The position numbers and the translations under genes were made by a program. Under the pieces are notes generated by a model, which saw only the letters and a program-made list of their open reading frames with translations, made no database searches and had not been told where the DNA came from. From NCBI GenBank assembly GCA_018651605.1, contig JABIDS010000013.1, forward strand, positions 717 through 64,716: a DNA stretch of 64,000 nucleotides, in the 5' to 3' direction. Shown here in pieces: positions 59,156 to 64,000 of the stretch. The first letter of the stretch is position 1. Every line of letters starts with the position of its first letter. Source of the DNA: an archaeon. Its GTDB lineage: Archaea > Nanobdellota > Nanobdellia > Pacearchaeales > GW2011-AR1.

Positions 59156-61918
59156 ATGAAAAAGATGTTTGCAATATTTATTTTATTTTTAATAATTGTT
59201 AATTTGAGTTTAATTCAAGCTTCTGTTCATGGAAATGTTTATAAGATAAATGAAGATATTGGGGGACCAATTGTTAATGCTACGATTATATTTTATTCAG
59301 TAGATAATGAAACTTATGAAATACTATCGGATAACGAAGGTTCATTTTACTTAGGAGGTAATAATGAGAATTTAAAAAGCATTGAAGTATATATTGAAGA
59401 ATGTTTAGTTTTTCAAAATAATTTAAATATCTTTACAAAAGAAAATTTAAGTTTTGATGTTTCTATTTTTGATATAAGTTTTTGTAAGAGAGAAAAATCT
59501 AAAGGAGAGATATCTTCTTTTGCATATACTCCTAGTTGCTCCAATTTTCCGAATAGTTTGGTTTATGGGCCAAGCAGTAAAGATCAAACAGAAACACCAA
59601 TTATTTTAGTTCATGGTTGGAGTAACGATGCGGATTCAAGTATGAGTGGTTGGGGAAGTTTAGATTATGAATTAGATAAAGATTATGATGTATTTAGATT
59701 ACAATATTGGCCTGCTAATCTTAGTAATAGAAAAAATGCGTTCATTGTTGATTATGAAATTAATCGATTGCTTAATGCTTATTATTCTGAACAGGATTAT
59801 TTTAATGTAATTTCTCATAGTATGGGTGGTTTAGCAGTAAGAGGATATATTCAAGGGCTTGCCAAAAGTTGTAATGGTAATACGAAGTCTTATAGAGATA
59901 ATATTGATAATTATGTAATAGTTGCAAGTCCAATGAAAGGAACTTATTTCACAAATTTAATTAATGGAATTACAGATATTGATTTAACAAATGATCATCC
60001 CAATTGCCAAAAATTTATAGAAGGAGATTACTTAGGAGTTCCTAATTTAGAAGGAAAGAGTGAAGCAACTTTAGATATGGAAATTGGTAGTGATTTTACA
60101 TGGAATTTAAATAAAAATGAGATTAATTCAAATGTAAATTATTTGTCTATATCTGGATCTAAAATATTAGATAGAGTTACAGATCCTCTAGATTTTGTTT
60201 ATGATTATTGTCTATCTAATAGGGCACAAATTAATGATTGGGTTGTTTCATTACCTAGTTCTAATCTGGCTAAAAAAGGTTACCTGATGATTCTTATGGA
60301 TAAATTCCATACTTCTCCTTTTTTGGAAGTAGGTATTGGTGACTCTAGAAACACTGCAAAATTATCCACATTATTTTTTCAAGGAAAATTAAATTATAAT
60401 TCTGCAAATGAGATATTGGATAAAAATATAGGCGAAGCATATTACTCAAAACAAGAATTAAATCCAGATATGCCTGATGAATTTTATCATAGATCTATGG
60501 TAATCTTAGAAATAGATAATTCAGAAATAAATATAAATAAAGTAGAATTAAAAGATAATCACAATGATTTTTATAAATTAGAAAAAAATATAAATACTGG
60601 ACGATGGTTTTATGTAAATCTTCTTTCGGGGCAAAATACTTTAAATTTTGATACAACACTCCCTAATGGAAGAAAGTATGTTTATATTAATGATAAATGG
60701 ACTAATTATAACTTTATATTAAATCCTCAAAATGATTTTATTAATATTAATTTAGATAAAGATTCTGATAATTATGACCTTCAAAATGTTGGTGGTTCTG
60801 ATTGCAACGACGAAAATCCTAATATTAACCCAAGTATGGATGAATTATGTAATGATATTGATGATGATTGTGATGAGGATATTGATGAAACTTTTTATGA
60901 TAAGGGGAATGTTTGTTATAATGGAATTGGGGAATGTAAGGTAGATGGGGAGATGGTTTGTTCAGTGGATGGTGGAAAAACTGAATGTAATGCTGTTGAG
61001 GGATTGCCTGTTGTTGAGATTTGTGATGATGACTTAGATAATGATTGTGATGGATTAATTGATTATCAAGATGGAGAAGATTGTATTGAAGATATCTCTC
61101 TTTGTGAAATTAATCTCCCTAAAGAAGAGATCTATCCTCTTCGTAGAATTCCTTTTGATATTCAAGCAACGGAAAAATTATCTAGGATAGAATATATAGA
61201 TTATTCAGATTCTCGTCCTCGTTGGAAAAAGTTATGTTCTAAATGTGATAAATATGATAGAGAGAAAAGTTTTAAAGAAGGAGAGCATGAAGTTAAAATA
61301 AAATGTACTCCTTATATTGGAGTGTCTGAGATTTATGAAGTTAATTTTTTTAATGATTATACTGAACCTAAAATATCTAAAGTAGAACCAAAGAGGAATG
61401 CTTATACTAATGGGGATGATTTTTATATTAAGTTTAAAGAAAAACTTCCAAAAGATTTTCAATTTTCTTTAGGAAATGAATTGATAGAAAAAGAGGATTG
61501 CTCAGAGTCAAGAGGATATTATGAATGTTATTTTAATATGAATCTTTCACAATATAATAATCAGGGAATATTTTATTCTTTTAGTATTGAAGATTATGCA
61601 GGAAATAAGGATAAATCTAAACCTCTAAAGGTTAATGTAGATATGACTAATCCAGTTATAAATAATTTTGATAATTTTTATGAGTTTAATGGTAAATATA
61701 TTTATTTTGATATTTCAATAACTGAGAAGAATTTTGATGAGGCTGTTTTGAAGTATGATTATCGTGGTAGAACTAAGGAGAAGAGGTTGTGTTCTAGGTT
61801 GAGGGGTGGGAAATGCGAAAAGAAATTCAGATTTAAAAGTAGTTATAAGAATATGAAGTTGATTGTTAAGGATGAGGCGGGGAATAAGGTTGAGGTTCCT
61901 ATGATTTTGGTATTTTAA
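59156..61918 (+). CDS. Secreted alpha/beta hydrolase (lipase/PGAP1-like) with Cys/Asp-rich MopE-like repeats
   Basis: Signal peptide; PIILVHGW, SHSMGGL, NDWVV; DCND...ELCNDIDDDCD and EICDDDLDNDCDG. Confidence 0.8.
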   Translation: MKKMFAIFILFLIIVNLSLIQASVHGNVYKINEDIGGPIVNATIIFYSVDNETYEILSDNEGSFYLGGNNENLKSIEVYIEECLVFQNNLNIFTKENLSFDVSIFDISFCKREKSKGEISSFAYTPSCSNFPNSLVYGPSSKDQTETPIILVHGWSNDADSSMSGWGSLDYELDKDYDVFRLQYWPANLSNRKNAFIVDYEINRLLNAYYSEQDYFNVISHSMGGLAVRGYIQGLAKSCNGNTKSYRDNIDNYVIVASPMKGTYFTNLINGITDIDLTNDHPNCQKFIEGDYLGVPNLEGKSEATLDMEIGSDFTWNLNKNEINSNVNYLSISGSKILDRVTDPLDFVYDYCLSNRAQINDWVVSLPSSNLAKKGYLMILMDKFHTSPFLEVGIGDSRNTAKLSTLFFQGKLNYNSANEILDKNIGEAYYSKQELNPDMPDEFYHRSMVILEIDNSEININKVELKDNHNDFYKLEKNINTGRWFYVNLLSGQNTLNFDTTLPNGRKYVYINDKWTNYNFILNPQNDFININLDKDSDNYDLQNVGGSDCNDENPNINPSMDELCNDIDDDCDEDIDETFYDKGNVCYNGIGECKVDGEMVCSVDGGKTECNAVEGLPVVEICDDDLDNDCDGLIDYQDGEDCIEDISLCEINLPKEEIYPLRRIPFDIQATEKLSRIEYIDYSDSRPRWKKLCSKCDKYDREKSFKEGEHEVKIKCTPYIGVSEIYEVNFFNDYTEPKISKVEPKRNAYTNGDDFYIKFKEKLPKDFQFSLGNELIEKEDCSESRGYYECYFNMNLSQYNNQGIFYSFSIEDYAGNKDKSKPLKVNVDMTNPVINNFDNFYEFNGKYIYFDISITEKNFDEAVLKYDYRGRTKEKRLCSRLRGGKCEKKFRFKSSYKNMKLIVKDEAGNKVEVPMILVF

Positions 61919-62071
61919 TAATTTTCAAAACCTCGACACCATGTTTTTTTAATCTTTCTCTTGGGCGATTTTGAAGTGGGAGATCTTTGATTTTCATTCT
62001 TCTTTTTGTTTTATGTTGATATTATTAGGAAACCGAAAGATTTTTATATATATTTATATTATATATATCAA

Positions 62072-62148
62072 GCAGTAATGCGCTTTGGCGCTTCGCGATT
62101 TATCGCGTGGCAATATTGGTCACGGCTCTTAGAGCTCTGGTTACTGCC
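62072..62148 (+). ncRNA. Candidate small multi-branch (cloverleaf-like) RNA or palindromic element
   Basis: GCAGTAA/TTACTGC closing stem with 4 internal hairpins; upstream BRE/TATA and downstream T tract. Confidence 0.45.
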
Positions 62149-62173
62149 TATTTTTTTATAATCTTGATAAAAC

Positions 62174-64000
62174 CTATATCTCTATAGAGAGCACCTTACT
62201 AATCCCCTCCTGCATACTCACCCCATATAAAATATCACTCGACTCACTAATAATCGAATCATTATGTGTAATCACAATATATTGCCCTTGTTTCATATTC
62301 TTTTTGAACAAATAAGCAAGTTTCTCACTATTTCTTCTATCTAATGCGGCATCAATTTCATCAAAGATATAGAAACAATAAGGTTTGAGTTCTTGAATTG
62401 CGAATATCAATGATAAAGCCACAAGGGTCTGTTCTCCTCCTGATAAAGACGTGACATCAAAGATTTTCCTACCTGACATTCTTACGATGATGTTTAATCC
62501 TTTTTCAAAGACATCTTTTTTATCTTGGGGTTCTATTGTTACGATTCCTTTGGTGCTGAGTTGACTAAAATTACGAGAGAATAGGGTGTTGATATCTTTT
62601 AATGTTGTTAGAAATGCTTTCTTTTTCTTTTTATCTATTTGTTCAATGATTTTTAGGATTTCTAATTTTTCTTCATCTAATTGGTTTACTTTTTCTTTTA
62701 TTTTGTCGTATTGTTCTTTGATGCCTTCGTAAACTTCTAATGCTCTAAGGTTGACGTTTCCTATTCTGTTAAGTGTGTTTTCTGAGTTGTTTAGTTTTTC
62801 TTTTAGTTTTTCTAAGGGTAGGCTGATGAATTCGATATCTGCGAATTCTTCTAAATCTTGTTTAAATGTGTCGATTCTTGCAGTGATTTGTGCTTTGATA
62901 ATCATAAGGTTGTTTATATCATTTTCAATTAATCTTTTGTTGTTCTGGACTTTCATTAATTCTGTTTCTAAAATTCTTGATTTGTCTTGAAGGATGTTTT
63001 TTTCTTCAAACATTTTTTGATATTTATTTTTTAATTTATCTGCTTGACTTTCTTTTATATTTGTTTTTTCTTGCTTTTCTTCTATTGTGATTGTGATTTC
63101 TTTTAGGTCTTCTGTGATTTCTTGTTTATCTCTAATGTTTTGTTTAATTGCTAATTTTATTCTCTCTAGTTCTCTTTGTTTGGTTGTTATTTCTGCTCCT
63201 AAGTTTCTTTCTTCTGTTCTTTCTAATTCATTAACTTCTAATTTTAATTTTTCATAATCTTCTTCACTCATTTTAATTTTAGAGAATTGATTTTCTAGTG
63301 TTTGTTTTTTTGTTTTAAGATTCTTTAATTCTTTTTCTAAATCTTGGATTTGTTCTGAATCTCTTTTTAATTGTTGTTTTTTGTCCTCGATTGTTTGTAA
63401 TTTTACTATGTCTATGTTTCTTGTATTTATTTCCATTGCTTGTTTTGCTATTGTTTGTTTTAATTCTGATAGGGTGTTTTTGTTTTCTTTAATTTTTTCT
63501 TGTGTTGTTTGAATTAATTGTTTTGATGTTTGAATTATTTTATCTGATTTATCTTTGACTTCTTTTATATGTTTTTCTGTGATGTTTGTTTTACATAATG
63601 GACATGTGTCTAATTCTGAGACTTGTTTTTTTATTTTTTCAGCTTCACTTATTTTTTGTTCTTCTACTGCGAATATTTTTTCTTTTTCTATTAGTTTTGT
63701 TTCTATTTCTTGGTTTTTTTGTTTGTTTGATTCTAAATCTGAGTTTAGGTGGATAAGTGCTTGTTTGTGGTGATTTATTGATGTTGTAGTTCTATTAGCT
63801 CCACCCCTTTTTTCAAACGTCATTTTATTATTTGTTGCACCCGCCCGCGAACCACCCTTAAATGAATGACGTTTGAAATCTCCACCCCCAATAGCATGAT
63901 TTTCAAACTCTCCTTTTATTTTAATTTCTTTCTCAATCTGTTCAATCTGTTCAACAATAAAGTTTGATTCATTCTTTAGTCTTTGAATTTGTCTTTCTTT
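62174..64000 (-). CDS. smc: Chromosome segregation protein SMC (5' end outside the window) with CPLC motif in the coiled coil
   Basis: Frame open to nt 64000; GNVNLRALE, LSGGEQTL, FYIFDEIDAALD, QYIVITH. Confidence 0.9.
   Translation of the reverse strand, partial: KERQIQRLKNESNFIVEQIEQIEKEIKIKGEFENHAIGGGDFKRHSFKGGSRAGATNNKMTFEKRGGANRTTTSINHHKQALIHLNSDLESNKQKNQEIETKLIEKEKIFAVEEQKISEAEKIKKQVSELDTCPLCKTNITEKHIKEVKDKSDKIIQTSKQLIQTTQEKIKENKNTLSELKQTIAKQAMEINTRNIDIVKLQTIEDKKQQLKRDSEQIQDLEKELKNLKTKKQTLENQFSKIKMSEEDYEKLKLEVNELERTEERNLGAEITTKQRELERIKLAIKQNIRDKQEITEDLKEITITIEEKQEKTNIKESQADKLKNKYQKMFEEKNILQDKSRILETELMKVQNNKRLIENDINNLMIIKAQITARIDTFKQDLEEFADIEFISLPLEKLKEKLNNSENTLNRIGNVNLRALEVYEGIKEQYDKIKEKVNQLDEEKLEILKIIEQIDKKKKKAFLTTLKDINTLFSRNFSQLSTKGIVTIEPQDKKDVFEKGLNIIVRMSGRKIFDVTSLSGGEQTLVALSLIFAIQELKPYCFYIFDEIDAALDRRNSEKLAYLFKKNMKQGQYIVITHNDSIISESSDILYGVSMQEGISKVLSIEI
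63799..63888. repeat. In-frame palindromic insert in smc, flanked by 9-bp direct repeats
   Basis: ctccacccc at 63799 and 63880 (81 nt apart); tttcaaacgtcatt/aatgacgtttgaaa arms; loop contains cccgccc...ccaccc. Confidence 0.8.

Noticed and set aside
61922..61980. ttcaaaa...ttttgaa possible degenerate element after the hydrolase gene
   Set aside because: Pairing too short and weak to support without a covariance model.

Overview
AT-rich archaeal chromosome segment, most consistent with a DPANN lineage (Pacearchaeota/Woesearchaeota-like, inferred). Support: archaeal BRE/TATA promoters, archaeal-type GluRS, Elp3, class III signal pilins, KaiC-type ATPase and giant N-x-S/T-rich surface proteins. 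The + strand is strongly G/T-rich throughout. Contents: two giant Ig-like-repeat surface proteins (one split at a G7 tract), a copper-handling cluster, a 10-kb hemerythrin/KaiC/two-component signalling island, a P-type cation ATPase, scpA, a C-terminally short gltX, four tandem pilins, elp3, Nudix, a Trm9-like methyltransferase, PLD, tRNA-Thr, tRNA-His plus hisS, tgt, a rhomboid, IMPase, a secreted hydrolase, and the 3' part of an SMC that appears to carry a CxxC zinc hook instead of a hinge. The most striking signal is a set of short palindromic elements, found both between genes and in-frame inside at least nine genes. One family holds a canonical G-quadruplex motif in or beside a hairpin, always on the - strand against the local skew. 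No transposase or CRISPR array was seen. All functional calls come from motifs read by eye, not from database searches.
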